This document shows positions 38,628 through 49,946 of a stretch of DNA of 64,000 nt, in pieces (positions within the stretch are counted from its first letter, which is position 1; each line of letters opens with the position of its first letter). Below the pieces are notes generated by a model. The model ran no database searches, had not been told where the DNA came from, and saw only the letters and a list, made by a program, of their open reading frames with translations. Location of the stretch: sequence record DRR723986_13572; one strand, given 5' to 3'. Both the position numbers and the translations under genes were made by a program.

Positions 38628-40454
38628 TTAATCGAAACTTTGCATGTCTACCAATTTTTTGTAAACACCATTTTTAGCAATTAATTCAGAGTGTGTGCCT
38701 TGTTCAGCGATTTCTCCTTTTTGCATTACAACTATAAGGTCAGCATTTTGAATAGTAGACAATCTATGCGCTATAACAATAGAGGTTCTATTTTTCATCA
38801 TATTTTCTAAAGCCTCTTGCACTAAGCGCTCGCTCTCTGTGTCTAAGGCAGAAGTAGCTTCGTCTAATATCATTATCGGAGGGTTTTTAAGAACTGCTCT
38901 TGCAATACTTAAGCGCTGTTGTTGCCCACCCGATAGTTTGCCACCAGAATCACCTATATTAGTATCTATGCCATTTGGTAAGTCTTTTACAAATTCCCAT
39001 GCGTTCGCAATTTTTAAAGCATCAATAATATCCTCGTCGTTGGCACTTTCGCGTCCTAAAAGCAAATTATTTTTTATAGTGTCGTTAAAAAGTATAGAAT
39101 CTTGAGTTACTAAGCCTATCAAGCCTCTCAATGCATGTTTTTTAAGTTCTATTATATTCTCTCCGTCTATGGTAATACTACCTTCATTGACATCGTAAAA
39201 ACGTGTAACAAGATTTGCAATGGTACTTTTACCACTGCCAGATTGACCAACTAAGGCAACACTTTTTCCCTTTGGTACAGAGAGTGAAAAGTTTTTTAAG
39301 ACTAAATCCTCTTCATATTTAAATGAAATATTATTTAAAGTAATTTCAGAATTAAAATCACTTTTTTCTTTTGCATTTGGTACATCTTCTAGTGGTGATA
39401 CCGTATTTAAAATCTCTAAAACTCTATCCGCAGCAGCGTTACCTGCTCTAACTTTATAACTAGCCTTGCTTATAGCTTTGGCAGGTGTTAATATTTGCCA
39501 TGCTAAACCTATATAAACAATAAAAGCACCGCCAGATAATGTTTTGTCTACCAACACCATGCTACCACCATACCAAAGGAGCACAGCGATTGTAATGATA
39601 CCTAAAACTTCACTCATAGGCGAAGCCAGATTTTGCCGATTCATTAATTTATTTGAAAATCTGTAAAATCGACTGGTTGATTTTTGAAAGGTATTATTAA
39701 AACGACCTTCTGCATTAAATCCCTTAATAACCTTTAGCCCACCAAGAGTTTCTTCTAAGGTTGATAAAAATACTCCTTGTTCTGTCTGTACACGATTTGA
39801 TTTTTTCTTTAAACTTTTTCCTATTCTAGAAATAATAAATCCTGAAATTGGTACAAATAGAAAAACAAATATTGTCAACTTAACCGATGTGATAAACATT
39901 GCAACAATTGCAAATAATATAGTTAGTGGTTCTTTAACAATTAATTCTAAAATAGCTAATAATGAATTCTTAACCTCATTAACATCACCAGAAATTCTGG
40001 CAATGATATCTCCCTTTTTCTTTTCGGAATAGTAGGATATAGGTAGTCTTGTTACTTTTTCGTAAATCTCATTTCTTAAGTCTTTTAAAACGCCATTCCT
40101 AAGGAAGGTAATAAAATATAGACCTAAATAATTAAATACGTTTTTAAGTAAGAATAACGAAATTATAAGAATTATCATATATAACAACGATCGTTGCGCT
40201 CCGTATTGCTCTGATGTTGTTGTTATAATGTAATTTATATAGTTCTCAGCATAATCTTTTAAATTACCAATACCATCATAGATTGGTTTTACCTTGATTT
40301 TTTTTCCTTCTCCAAATAATACATTAATCATTGGCATTAAAGAAATCATTGCCAATGTATTGAAAAGGGCATAGAAGATATTAGCAATAATATTTAAAAC
40401 ACCATATCTCTTATATGGTATAATAAATCTTGCAAGTTTTTTGATGTAATCCAT
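38628..40454 (-). CDS. ABC exporter, MsbA-like (TMD + NBD)
   Basis: GQSGSGKS, LSGGQ, ILDEATSALD; N-terminal TM helices. Confidence 0.9.
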   Translation of the reverse strand: MDYIKKLARFIIPYKRYGVLNIIANIFYALFNTLAMISLMPMINVLFGEGKKIKVKPIYDGIGNLKDYAENYINYIITTTSEQYGAQRSLLYMIILIISLFLLKNVFNYLGLYFITFLRNGVLKDLRNEIYEKVTRLPISYYSEKKKGDIIARISGDVNEVKNSLLAILELIVKEPLTILFAIVAMFITSVKLTIFVFLFVPISGFIISRIGKSLKKKSNRVQTEQGVFLSTLEETLGGLKVIKGFNAEGRFNNTFQKSTSRFYRFSNKLMNRQNLASPMSEVLGIITIAVLLWYGGSMVLVDKTLSGGAFIVYIGLAWQILTPAKAISKASYKVRAGNAAADRVLEILNTVSPLEDVPNAKEKSDFNSEITLNNISFKYEEDLVLKNFSLSVPKGKSVALVGQSGSGKSTIANLVTRFYDVNEGSITIDGENIIELKKHALRGLIGLVTQDSILFNDTIKNNLLLGRESANDEDIIDALKIANAWEFVKDLPNGIDTNIGDSGGKLSGGQQQRLSIARAVLKNPPIMILDEATSALDTESERLVQEALENMMKNRTSIVIAHRLSTIQNADLIVVMQKGEIAEQGTHSELIAKNGVYKKLVDMQSFD

Positions 40455-40457
40455 TAA

Positions 40458-42185
40458 TTATAAATTCATATCCTTGAGGATGGAATCAATTCTATCTTCC
40501 AATAACTGCTCCGTTTCCTTAAAAGCAGACACATTGTCTAATTTTGTGTTTACACTTATATAAAATTTAATCTTAGACTCTGTACCACTAGGTCTTAAAG
40601 CAATTTTACTACCATCTTCAGTATAGTATATTAATACGTTAGATTTAGGAATATTAATAACTTCTTCAGAATTGTTTTTAATGTTTTTTGCAATTGATAA
40701 TTGATAATCTTCAATTCTTACAACTTTAGAGCCATTGACTTCTTTTAATGGATTTTCTCTGGCATCAATCATCATTTGTTTAATTTCCTCGGCACCTTCA
40801 ATTCCCTTTTTAGTCAGTGATATTAATCGTTCTTTATAAAAGCCATGTTCTATATATAAGTCTATTAAGGCTTGATACATAGTTTTACCATTTGCTTTTG
40901 CCTGAGCTGCAATTTCACAAGCTAAAAGTGTAGAAGTTACTGCGTCTTTATCTCGCACAAAATCACCAACCATAAATCCAAAACTTTCTTCACCACCACC
41001 AATGAAATCCATATTAGGGTAATCCTTTATCATTTTGGCAATCCACTTAAATCCTGTGAGGCCAATTTTACATTCTACACCATAGGCGTTTGTTAATACT
41101 GGCATCATGGGTGTAGAAACAATTGTTGATCCAACAAACTGATTACCATTTATTTTATTGGCGTTTTTCCATTGTTTTAAAAGAAAATCGGTCATTAATA
41201 TCATGGTTTGGTTACCGTTAAGAATAACCAATTCATTTTCTAAATTTCTCGCTACAACTCCCAGTCTGTCACAATCTGGATCTGTACCAATAACAATATC
41301 TCCATCAATTTTATCAGCTAATTCTGTAGCCATTTTTAATGCTTCTGGCTCTTCAGGATTTGGAGATACAACCGTTGGGAAATCGCCATTGGGTTCACGC
41401 TGTTCTTCAACAATATTTACATTGGTATAGCTTGCACGTTTTAAAGTCTCAGGTATAGCTGTAATAGAAGTTCCATGTAAAGATGTAAATACAATATTTA
41501 AATTCCCTTTTGCTTCAGTAGGTGTATTAAAACTTCCATTTTTTACTGAATTGTTTATAAATACATTATCAACATTTTCACCTATAAACTCTATTAGATT
41601 TTCTTTTGCTTCAAATTTTATTTCAGAATAATCTAAGCGGTTAATTTCTGCAATGATTTCAGCATCTTGAGGAGGTACTAATTGACCACCATCTTGCCAA
41701 TAAACTTTGTAACCATTATATTCAGGTGGATTATGTGATGCTGTTAATACAATACCACAATGGCAATTTAAATGTTTTAGTGTAAATGATAACTCTGGCG
41801 TTGGTCTTAAATCTTCAAATAAATATACTTTTATGTCATTTGCTGAAAATACATCTGCAACCACTTTGCCAAATGTTTTACTATTATGCCTACAATCATA
41901 GGCAATGGCAACTTTTAATTGTTCGTTAGGGAAAACTTCCTGAAGGTAATTACTTAATCCTTGGGTGTTTTTTCCTAATGTGTATTTGTTAATTCGGTTG
42001 GTGCCAAGTCCCATAATACCGCGCATTCCGCCAGTACCAAATTCCAGGTCCTTATAGAAACTTTCCTCTAACTCTTTTGGGTTAGAAGCAATCATATGTT
42101 TTATTTTATCTTGTGTGTCTTTGTCAAAAGCTGGCGTTAACCAGGTGTTTACACGTTTTAAGATTTCTGGTTTAATGTAAATCAT
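40458..42185 (-). CDS. pgm: Phosphoglucomutase/phosphomannomutase
   Basis: FGTGG, TASHNP, DPDCDR, GEES motifs. Confidence 0.92.
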   Translation of the reverse strand: MIYIKPEILKRVNTWLTPAFDKDTQDKIKHMIASNPKELEESFYKDLEFGTGGMRGIMGLGTNRINKYTLGKNTQGLSNYLQEVFPNEQLKVAIAYDCRHNSKTFGKVVADVFSANDIKVYLFEDLRPTPELSFTLKHLNCHCGIVLTASHNPPEYNGYKVYWQDGGQLVPPQDAEIIAEINRLDYSEIKFEAKENLIEFIGENVDNVFINNSVKNGSFNTPTEAKGNLNIVFTSLHGTSITAIPETLKRASYTNVNIVEEQREPNGDFPTVVSPNPEEPEALKMATELADKIDGDIVIGTDPDCDRLGVVARNLENELVILNGNQTMILMTDFLLKQWKNANKINGNQFVGSTIVSTPMMPVLTNAYGVECKIGLTGFKWIAKMIKDYPNMDFIGGGEESFGFMVGDFVRDKDAVTSTLLACEIAAQAKANGKTMYQALIDLYIEHGFYKERLISLTKKGIEGAEEIKQMMIDARENPLKEVNGSKVVRIEDYQLSIAKNIKNNSEEVINIPKSNVLIYYTEDGSKIALRPSGTESKIKFYISVNTKLDNVSAFKETEQLLEDRIDSILKDMNL

Positions 42186-42264
42186 GCACTTATATTATTA
42201 TAGGGCAAAAGTAAGAAAATCAACAGTCGTAACTTAACCCGAAAGGAAAAATCTAGGTAATAAT

Positions 42265-43215
42265 TTATTCTAAATTAAGAACATCTTTGATATGATATCT
42301 CTGTTCTTGTCTCTTAGTTCTGAGAATTAGTTCTCCTAAGAAACCAGCAATAAAAAACTGTGAACCGATAATCATTGTCGATAAAGCAATGTAAAACTGC
42401 GGTCTTTCAGTTATTAATCTCCCAGTTGGATTAAAAAATAGTTTATCTAATCCTAAGTACAATGCAAAGCTAAAGCCAATAATAAACATTATAACACCCA
42501 ATGCACCAAATAAATGCATTGGTCGTTTACCAAAACGAGAGATAAACCATACAGTAATTAAATCTAAGAAACCGTTTATAAATCTGTTCATCCCAAATTT
42601 AGTCTTACCATATTTTCTAGCCTGATGTTTAACTACTTTTTCTCCAATTTTAGAAAATCCTGCATTTTTAGCTAATACAGGTATATATCTATGCATTTCA
42701 CCGTAAACATCGATGTGTTTTACTAGGGTGTTGCTATAAGCCTTTAGGCCACAATTGAAATCGTGTAACTTAACGCCAGACGTACGTCTTGCTGCCCAAT
42801 TAAATAATTTAGAAGGGATATTCTTTGTTAATACAGAGTCAAAGCGTTTTTTCTTCCATCCAGACACAAGATCTAAATTTTCATCTTTAATCATTGTAAA
42901 TAATTCTGGAATTTCTTCAGGACTATCCTGCAAGTCCGCATCCATAGTAATAACTACATCGCCATTTGCTTGTGCAAAACCAGCATGTAATGCCTGACTT
43001 TTACCAAAATTCTTAAAAAACCGAATACCTTTTACATTGGTGTTTTTAGTAGAAAGTGATGTAATAACTTCCCAAGATTTATCAGTACTACCATCATCTA
43101 TAAATAGGATTTCATAAGAAAACGAATTGGATTGCATCACTGATACAATCCAATCGTGTAATTCTTTTAATGATTCTTCTTCGTTAAGTAGTGGTATAAC
43201 TACTGATATATTCAT
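42265..43215 (-). CDS. GT2 glycosyltransferase (ArnC/GtrB-like polyprenol-phosphate transferase)
   Basis: IDDGSTD, NFGKS, MDADLQD; two C-terminal TMs. Confidence 0.9.
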   Translation of the reverse strand: MNISVVIPLLNEEESLKELHDWIVSVMQSNSFSYEILFIDDGSTDKSWEVITSLSTKNTNVKGIRFFKNFGKSQALHAGFAQANGDVVITMDADLQDSPEEIPELFTMIKDENLDLVSGWKKKRFDSVLTKNIPSKLFNWAARRTSGVKLHDFNCGLKAYSNTLVKHIDVYGEMHRYIPVLAKNAGFSKIGEKVVKHQARKYGKTKFGMNRFINGFLDLITVWFISRFGKRPMHLFGALGVIMFIIGFSFALYLGLDKLFFNPTGRLITERPQFYIALSTMIIGSQFFIAGFLGELILRTKRQEQRYHIKDVLNLE

Positions 43216-43267
43216 AGTTGCTGTCTAAGTCTTAGACTTCAAAAATAAGAGAAATAAATTTATTTGG

Positions 43268-43780
43268 TTAGCTATCGCTTCTCATTATTAATCCAGCTAT
43301 TAAAGAAACAATTAATCCAAAAACTAATGATCCAATAATAGACATTAAACTGAAGAAACCAGAATTCATAAACATACCGCTTATACTCATAGCTTGGTCT
43401 ACTTGCTCTTGAGTCATATTAGGATTTTGCTCTATCATTTGTTGATAAGCAGTTTCTTTTTGCATTTCTATAAATTCAGGGTAAATGAATTCATAATGTA
43501 CATAAGCGTAAACAGCAGATAATAATCCACCAATAACAGCTATTGCAAGACCAACCTTAACGGCTTGCCCAACACTAAGAACGTTAGAATTATTTAATTT
43601 ATATTCTTTGATACCATAAACCAATATTAAAACTCCTGCTACAAAACTTACACTAGATAAAATCCAGCTTTTGTCCATATTTCCAACATACATAATGACC
43701 AATACAATAATACTTACTAATGCAGAGTATAAGCCATACTTGTAAGCAATCGGTTTAATAGGTGCGGTTTGATTTTCCAT
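43268..43780 (-). CDS. DUF4199-like membrane protein
   Basis: Four TM segments with a soluble loop; typical neighbour of this GT2 in Bacteroidota. Confidence 0.7.
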   Translation of the reverse strand: MENQTAPIKPIAYKYGLYSALVSIIVLVIMYVGNMDKSWILSSVSFVAGVLILVYGIKEYKLNNSNVLSVGQAVKVGLAIAVIGGLLSAVYAYVHYEFIYPEFIEMQKETAYQQMIEQNPNMTQEQVDQAMSISGMFMNSGFFSLMSIIGSLVFGLIVSLIAGLIMRSDS

Positions 43781-43942
43781 AATTTAGTTGATTTTTTGAG
43801 TTAATTGTCTAGTTAGTACTCAAAGATAGGTAATTGTTACATTATTTGCCTAAAATAAAAACTTATTAAAAAGATTGTACATTTGTAAAAATTACTTAAA
43901 TTTGCACCTCGAAAAAATCGATTTTATTTAAAGCATTTAGTG

Positions 43943-44194
43943 ATGAAAGCAGGAATACATCCAGAAAATTATAGAGTAGTAGCGTTTAAAGATATGTCTA
44001 ATGATGATGTGTTTTTAACTAAATCTACAGCAGATACAAATGAAACTATTGAGGTTGATGGTGTTGAATATCCATTAGTTAAATTGGAAATATCTAGAAC
44101 ATCTCATCCATACTACACAGGTAAGTCTAAATTGGTAGATACAGCAGGTCGTATTGATAAATTTAAGAGTAAATACGCTAAGTTTAAAAAATAA
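43943..44194 (+). CDS. rpmE2: 50S ribosomal protein L31 type B
   Basis: [10 protein letters not shown]...[17 protein letters not shown]; no Cys. Confidence 0.95.
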   Translation: MKAGIHPENYRVVAFKDMSNDDVFLTKSTADTNETIEVDGVEYPLVKLEISRTSHPYYTGKSKLVDTAGRIDKFKSKYAKFKK

Positions 44195-44216
44195 ACTTAA
44201 GTCAATAGATATTATT

Positions 44217-44248
44217 AAAAAGCCTTTCTACTATAGAAAGGCTTTTTT
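44217..44248 (+). terminator. Intrinsic terminator after rpmE2
   Basis: AAAAAGCCTTTCTA-CTA-TAGAAAGGCTTTTT. Confidence 0.8.
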
Positions 44249-44271
44249 ATTTTTACATAAATTCTATAGAA

Positions 44272-45447
44272 ATGAACTATATTTTATTTGATGGCCCATA
44301 TCGTAACAATCTCTTGCCTTTTACTTATACAAGGCCAGTTGCTGATATTAGAATAGGTATTTTAACTATTAGACAAAAATGGGAGTCATTTTTAGAATAT
44401 ACAACTACAACCGTTACCGAAGATTATTTATCTAGTAAATATCCTATGGTAGAAATGGAAGAGAATATTATGATTAATGCTTCTTTTTTACCAAATGCTG
44501 AGGTTGCTGAAGTCGTTAAGAATTTAAAATACAATCAGGCTTTATTTAAAGGAGAGGATGTAATTGCATTTTACGCAAAAGAAGGTGAGGAGGTTAAAGA
44601 TTTTTCTTCTTTTGAAGCCATTGAGTATGAAGGTGAAAGTATTAAAGTTGAGCATACTTGGGATATATTCTCAAAAAATGGTGAAGCTATAAGAGAAGAT
44701 TTTAATTTAATCACTAAGAATAAACAGTCTCAGCCAATACCAGCAACAATAAATACTATAAATCCAGAACATATATTTATTGAAAAAGGAGCAAAACTAA
44801 ACTTTGCTACTCTTAACGCAAGTAATGGACCAATATACATAGGTAAAGATTCAGAAATAATGGAAGGTTCTGTAGTAAGAGGACCTTTTGCCTTATGTAA
44901 TAATGCTACTTTAAAACTTGCTAGTAAAATTTATGGCCCAACTACAATTGGACCACATAGTAAGGTTGGTGGTGAAGTAAATAACTCTGTAATTTTTGGT
45001 TTTTCTAATAAGGGACACGATGGTTTTTTAGGTAACTCAGTATTAGGTGAGTGGTGCAATATTGGTGCAGATTCTAATAACAGTAACCTTAAAAATAATT
45101 ATGCCGAAGTGAGATTGTGGGATTATCAAAGTGAAGGCTTTGCAAAAACCGGATTACAATTTTGCGGTTTAATGATGGGAGATCATAGTAAGTGTGGTAT
45201 TAACACCATGTTTAATACTGGTACGGTTGTTGGTGTAAGTGCTAATATTTTTGGAAGTGGTTTTCCTAGAAACTTTGTGCCGAGTTTTTCGTGGGGTGGA
45301 AGCAAAGGATTTGTTACCTATAAAACCAATAAAGCTTTCGAAGTTGCTAAAGTCGTAATGGCGAGACGTAAAGAAGAATTTACAGAAAAAGATGAAGCAA
45401 TTTTAGAACATGTATTTGAAGAAACTAAACAATATAGAAGAGAATAA
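44272..45447 (+). CDS. GlmU-related putative sugar nucleotidyl/acetyltransferase with left-handed beta-helix
   Basis: LLPFTYTRPVADIRIGI N-terminus; hexapeptide repeats, NKGHDGFLG. Confidence 0.85.
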   Translation: MNYILFDGPYRNNLLPFTYTRPVADIRIGILTIRQKWESFLEYTTTTVTEDYLSSKYPMVEMEENIMINASFLPNAEVAEVVKNLKYNQALFKGEDVIAFYAKEGEEVKDFSSFEAIEYEGESIKVEHTWDIFSKNGEAIREDFNLITKNKQSQPIPATINTINPEHIFIEKGAKLNFATLNASNGPIYIGKDSEIMEGSVVRGPFALCNNATLKLASKIYGPTTIGPHSKVGGEVNNSVIFGFSNKGHDGFLGNSVLGEWCNIGADSNNSNLKNNYAEVRLWDYQSEGFAKTGLQFCGLMMGDHSKCGINTMFNTGTVVGVSANIFGSGFPRNFVPSFSWGGSKGFVTYKTNKAFEVAKVVMARRKEEFTEKDEAILEHVFEETKQYRRE

Positions 45448-45451
45448 TATT

Positions 45452-46355
45452 ATGCATAAGTCCAAATTTACACTACTACTTTTAATAGCCTTTACCTACA
45501 GTTTTTCTCAAGATGTTGAAGTAAAAAAACTCGATTTAAATACCAAGCTAGATCACTTTTCTGCTGTTGTTAAAAACGATAAAGTTTATGTTAGCCATAA
45601 TCTAAAATCCAAAAGAGAGGAGGAGCTTTAAAAGACAAATACAATGGATTTATTTATACCATTTATGAGGGTAAAGTGAATAAGTCTGGTGAGATCATTG
45701 AAGAACAACCAATAGAAAAGACTGAATTAGGTCAGTTTAATATGTCGGCACCAACTTTTTCGAAAGATGGTAATTATATGTATTTTACAACTAACCATAC
45801 TGGTAAAGGAACAAATAAATTAAAAGGTATTGAAACATTTAATCTACAGATTCAACGCGCAGAATTTGTAGAAGGTGTAAGGGTTGGACAAATTTTGAAA
45901 CCTTAGAATTTTGCGATCCTAATTTTAATTAGGCACATCCAGCTTTAAGTCCAGATGGTAATACGTTGTATTTTGTATCAAATATAAAGGGTACAAAAGG
46001 TAAATCAGATCTATTTAAAGTGTCTGATACTAATCATAAATCATATGGTGAGCCAGTACAACTCAGTGAAACTATTAATTCGTCTCGTACAGAATTATTT
46101 CCTTTTGTTAGTGCAGACAATAAGTAGTACTTTTCTTCAAATCGAAGAGGAGGTAAGGGGGCGATGGATATTTATGTATACGATTTAAACTCTTCAGATA
46201 CTGAGCAGGTACCTGTGTCATTAGATTCACCCATTAATAGTCTTGGTGAAGATTTAGCGTTTTTCTTAAATGATGATCTAACAACAGGTTATATAACCTC
46301 TAGACGTTATAAAGGTGAAGGTGGAGATGATTTGTATTACTTTTCTAATTTTTAG
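45452..46355 (+). pseudogene. Disrupted PD40/TolB-like beta-propeller protein
   Basis: Three consecutive frames joined by shifts near 45615 and 45876; in-frame TAG at 45930 and 46125; PD40 motifs HPALSPDGNTLYFVS, ELFPFVS..YFSSNR..G.G..DIY, GGDDLY. Confidence 0.85.
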
Positions 46356-47967
46356 TCTTACTTACAGATTTTAACTCTAATAGATTGGTTGCGTTAATAC
46401 CCAATCCATTGACACTTTTTCTGGTGAATCGTACAACTTCATCATAAAATAAGGGTACAATAGGTACTTCTGCCATTATGATAGAATCCATTTTTGCATA
46501 TAAATTTGCTCTTACTTCAGGGTCTATTTCTAAATAGGTTTTTTCATATAATTGATCAAACATCTCATTTTCAAAATGTGTATAATTAGGTCCAATAGGT
46601 GCAAAATTCTCACTGTAGTAAAGAGATAAGTAATTTTCAGCATCAGGATAATCTGCGACCCAACTCGCTCTAAAAAAATCGAGTTGCCCATTTGCTTTAC
46701 CATCCTTTAAACTTGAAGCAGGTATAACATCTACATTTATCTGTAGTCCAATTTTCTGAAGCTCACGTTGAATAAATTCACAAAAACTTAAATAATTACT
46801 TGTGGTGGTTAGTGTAATTTCGGGATTAGTTATTCCAGTTTCAGATTTAAACTCAGTTACTAATTGTTGAGCAATATCTGGTTGATAGTCAAACCCAACA
46901 GAGTTATCAAAACCTGGCAGTCCTTTTGGTATAAATCCGCCATTAGCAGGCACACCAATGCCATTGCGCAGGTAGGTGATCATTTTTGCACGGTCAAATC
47001 CTAGGTTTATAGCTTTTCTGAGTTTAAGCTCTTGTAATTCCTCAACTTCAGTTTCCATAAAGAAAGCCAGATATTCGGTGTTGAGATAAGGACCGCGAAT
47101 CATATTTATGTCATTGCTATATTTAGATTTTAATTGTCCATTGGCAGTTAAAATTTCATCCTTGTATGACGCATCTAGACCAGAAACAAAATCAATATTA
47201 CCTTGTACAAACTGAAGAAATTCACTTTGTTTATCAGGTAAAAAAGTTATGGATACAGCTTCGAGATATGGAAGGGTGTTACCATCTTTATCATTTTCAA
47301 AATAATTACTATTTCGCCTAAACACAAGTTTAATATTTTCTTCCCATCGTTTAAATAAAAAAGGACCTGTACCTATGGGATGTGATCTAAAATCATTACC
47401 ATAATATTCCACTATTTCTTTTGGTACAACTGAGCAATACTTCATTGTGAGTAGACCCAGAAATGCAGGGAAAGGCTGCTTTAATTTTATCTGAAATGTT
47501 GAATCATTTATTGCAGAATATCCTTCAACTTTCTTTAATACCCAACTACCTGGTGAAGCAATAGATTCATCTTTAAGTCTATTAAAACTATAAACAAAAT
47601 CACTTGCTTTTACTATACGAGTTGAATCTTTTCCAAATAACTGATGTTTGTGAAAACTCACATCTGTTCGTAACTGAAAGGTATAAACTCTGGCACTATC
47701 ACTAATTATCCAGGATTTTGCAATGCATGGTTTTACTTTTAAGTCACTATCCATTTGTACAAGGCCATTAAATAATTGATGAGTGGCCCAGATATCTGCA
47801 TTATCTTTAGAAAACGCAGGGTCTAATGATCCAATATTCTTATGTTCATTATATCTAAACACAAGATAGTCTCTTTTAGAGGACTTATTAGAGTTACAAG
47901 AAAATACCATTAAAATGATAAAAACACATGGTAACGATTTCAATAAGAATTGAGTGAGTTTTAGCAT
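46345..47967 (-). CDS. ABC transporter substrate-binding lipoprotein, family 5 (peptide/nickel)
   Basis: Lipobox VFSC; SLDPA, LFNGLV, PIGTGPF, WVADYPD. Start moved to ATG 47967. Confidence 0.88.
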   Translation of the reverse strand: MLKLTQFLLKSLPCVFIILMVFSCNSNKSSKRDYLVFRYNEHKNIGSLDPAFSKDNADIWATHQLFNGLVQMDSDLKVKPCIAKSWIISDSARVYTFQLRTDVSFHKHQLFGKDSTRIVKASDFVYSFNRLKDESIASPGSWVLKKVEGYSAINDSTFQIKLKQPFPAFLGLLTMKYCSVVPKEIVEYYGNDFRSHPIGTGPFLFKRWEENIKLVFRRNSNYFENDKDGNTLPYLEAVSITFLPDKQSEFLQFVQGNIDFVSGLDASYKDEILTANGQLKSKYSNDINMIRGPYLNTEYLAFFMETEVEELQELKLRKAINLGFDRAKMITYLRNGIGVPANGGFIPKGLPGFDNSVGFDYQPDIAQQLVTEFKSETGITNPEITLTTTSNYLSFCEFIQRELQKIGLQINVDVIPASSLKDGKANGQLDFFRASWVADYPDAENYLSLYYSENFAPIGPNYTHFENEMFDQLYEKTYLEIDPEVRANLYAKMDSIIMAEVPIVPLFYDEVVRFTRKSVNGLGINATNLLELKSVSKTKN

Positions 47968-48050
47968 ATAACTTATATGTTGTAAATTTGCAGCCACAAA
48001 AATGAGAACCTGTTTTTTAACATTTATTTTGTGATAAAGGTAAATTTAAA

Positions 48051-48077
48051 AATATCCTGATACAAGTTCAGGATGAC
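48051..48077 (+). repeat. REP-like palindrome just upstream of mtaB
   Basis: AATATCCTGA-TACAAGT-TCAGGATGAC; similar copy at 63343-63369. Confidence 0.6.
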
Positions 48078-48082
48078 AAAAG

Positions 48083-49411
48083 ATGGAAACAAAAAAAGTT
48101 GCATTTTACACCTTAGGTTGTAAGCTTAATTTCTCAGAAACTTCAACCATAGCAAGAAGTTTTAAGGATGAAGGCTTTAATAGAGTTGACTTTAAGGAAA
48201 AAGCAGATATATATGTTATAAATACATGTTCTGTTACTGAGAATGCAGACAAGCGTTTTAAAACTATAGTAAAACAAGCACAGAAAGTTAATCCAGATGC
48301 CTTTGTGGCCGCAATTGGTTGCTATGCGCAGCTAAAACCAGAGGAACTTGCTGATGTAGATGGTGTGGATTTAGTTTTAGGAGCAACTGAAAAGTTTAAG
48401 ATTACAGATTATTTAAACGACCTAAGTAAAAATGATTTTGGAGAAGTTCATAGTTGCGAAATAGAAGATGCAGATTTTTATGTAGGAAGTTACTCAATTG
48501 GTGATAGAACTAGAGCATTTTTAAAAGTACAGGATGGATGTGATTATAAATGCACCTATTGTACCATTCCTTTAGCCAGAGGTATTTCTCGAAGTGATAC
48601 TATGGATAATGTGCTAAGTAATGCTAAAGAGATTTCAGAACAAGGCATTAAAGAAATTGTCCTTACAGGTGTTAATATAGGTGATTATGGTAAAGGTGAG
48701 TTTGGTAATAAAAAACACGAACATACCTTTTTAGACTTGGTAACCGAATTAGATAAGGTAGAAGGCATAGAACGACTTAGAATTTCTTCAATAGAACCAA
48801 ATTTATTAAAGAATGAAACTATAGAGTTGGTATCTCAGTCAAGAGCATTTGTACCACATTTTCATGTGCCTTTACAGAGTGGAAGTAACGCTGTTCTTAA
48901 GAAAATGAAACGTCGATACATGCGAGAGTTGTATGTAGACAGAGTTTCAAAAATAAAAGAAGTTATGCCACTTGCTTGTATTGGTGTAGATGTTATCGTT
49001 GGTTTTCCTGGGGAAACAGATGAACTTTTTCTTGAAACTTATAACTTTTTAAATGAATTAGATATTTCGTATTTACATGTCTTTACGTACTCTGAACGCG
49101 ACAATACTGAAGCAGCTGAAATGAGCGGAATAGTCCCTAAGAATATAAGATCAAAGCGAAGTAAAATGTTACGTGGACTGTCTGCAAAAAAGCGTAGAGC
49201 ATTTTACGAAGCGCAACTTGGTACACAACGGACCGTATTATTTGAAGGAGAGAATAAGGAAGGTTATATTCATGGATTTACAGAGAATTATATAAAGGTA
49301 AAAGCGCCATGGAATCCTGAATTGGTAAACACATTGCATGAAGTTGAATTAACCACTATAGACGAGGATGGATTGGTGAGATTTGAGTTTTTAAAAGAAT
49401 TTGTAAAATAA
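48083..49411 (+). CDS. mtaB: tRNA t6A37 methylthiotransferase MtaB
   Basis: TLGCKLNFSE, NTCSVT, radical SAM KVQDGCDYKCTYC, RISSIEP. Confidence 0.93.
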   Translation: METKKVAFYTLGCKLNFSETSTIARSFKDEGFNRVDFKEKADIYVINTCSVTENADKRFKTIVKQAQKVNPDAFVAAIGCYAQLKPEELADVDGVDLVLGATEKFKITDYLNDLSKNDFGEVHSCEIEDADFYVGSYSIGDRTRAFLKVQDGCDYKCTYCTIPLARGISRSDTMDNVLSNAKEISEQGIKEIVLTGVNIGDYGKGEFGNKKHEHTFLDLVTELDKVEGIERLRISSIEPNLLKNETIELVSQSRAFVPHFHVPLQSGSNAVLKKMKRRYMRELYVDRVSKIKEVMPLACIGVDVIVGFPGETDELFLETYNFLNELDISYLHVFTYSERDNTEAAEMSGIVPKNIRSKRSKMLRGLSAKKRRAFYEAQLGTQRTVLFEGENKEGYIHGFTENYIKVKAPWNPELVNTLHEVELTTIDEDGLVRFEFLKEFVK

Positions 49412-49465
49412 AAAACCCGAAACTAAAGTTGCTCCGGGTATTGTTAATAATATTCCTTTTTCAAA

Positions 49466-49762
49466 TTATATGCGAATACCAACAGGTAGCATTCGTTTAT
49501 ATTTTCTGTTGCTTCTTACAAATTTTGCAATTTCAGGACTAGTAGGTACAACACTGATATTTCTATCTTTAATATTGTCAAATACAAGTGCTAAAAACTC
49601 TTTTTCAAATTCAGTAGTTTTAATACTATCCGGAATTATCATCTTTGTTAAGAATATTTTACGTTCTTGTAATGAATATTCAATAACAGCCATTTCATTT
49701 TCAACCTTTAATTCAAATTGACGTAGAAATTCATTGTCAATCAATTCTGCAGTTTCAGTCAT
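49466..49762 (-). CDS. Small GNAT-like (YjdJ-type) protein
   Basis: DNEFLRQFEL..IEY...VVPTSPEIAKFV pattern. Confidence 0.7.
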   Translation of the reverse strand: MTETAELIDNEFLRQFELKVENEMAVIEYSLQERKIFLTKMIIPDSIKTTEFEKEFLALVFDNIKDRNISVVPTSPEIAKFVRSNRKYKRMLPVGIRI

Positions 49763-49946
49763 AATTTCATTTTTAAAATTAGCGATTGGCGTGTAGATAC
49801 TATAAATTGTATAGTTTTGCTGTGCAAAGGTACAAAAAATCCATGAGACTTTAAGATTCTTAGTGTTAAAACCTTAACGGATAAGTAATTATAGCAGAGT
49901 TATTTTGTTAATTTGCAGCAGTGACTATTCAGAAATTAATTTACTA

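Noticed and set aside
45600-45910. Programmed frameshifting or phase variation in the PD40 gene
   Set aside because: Repeat tracts are very short and two downstream nonsense codons would still truncate the product.
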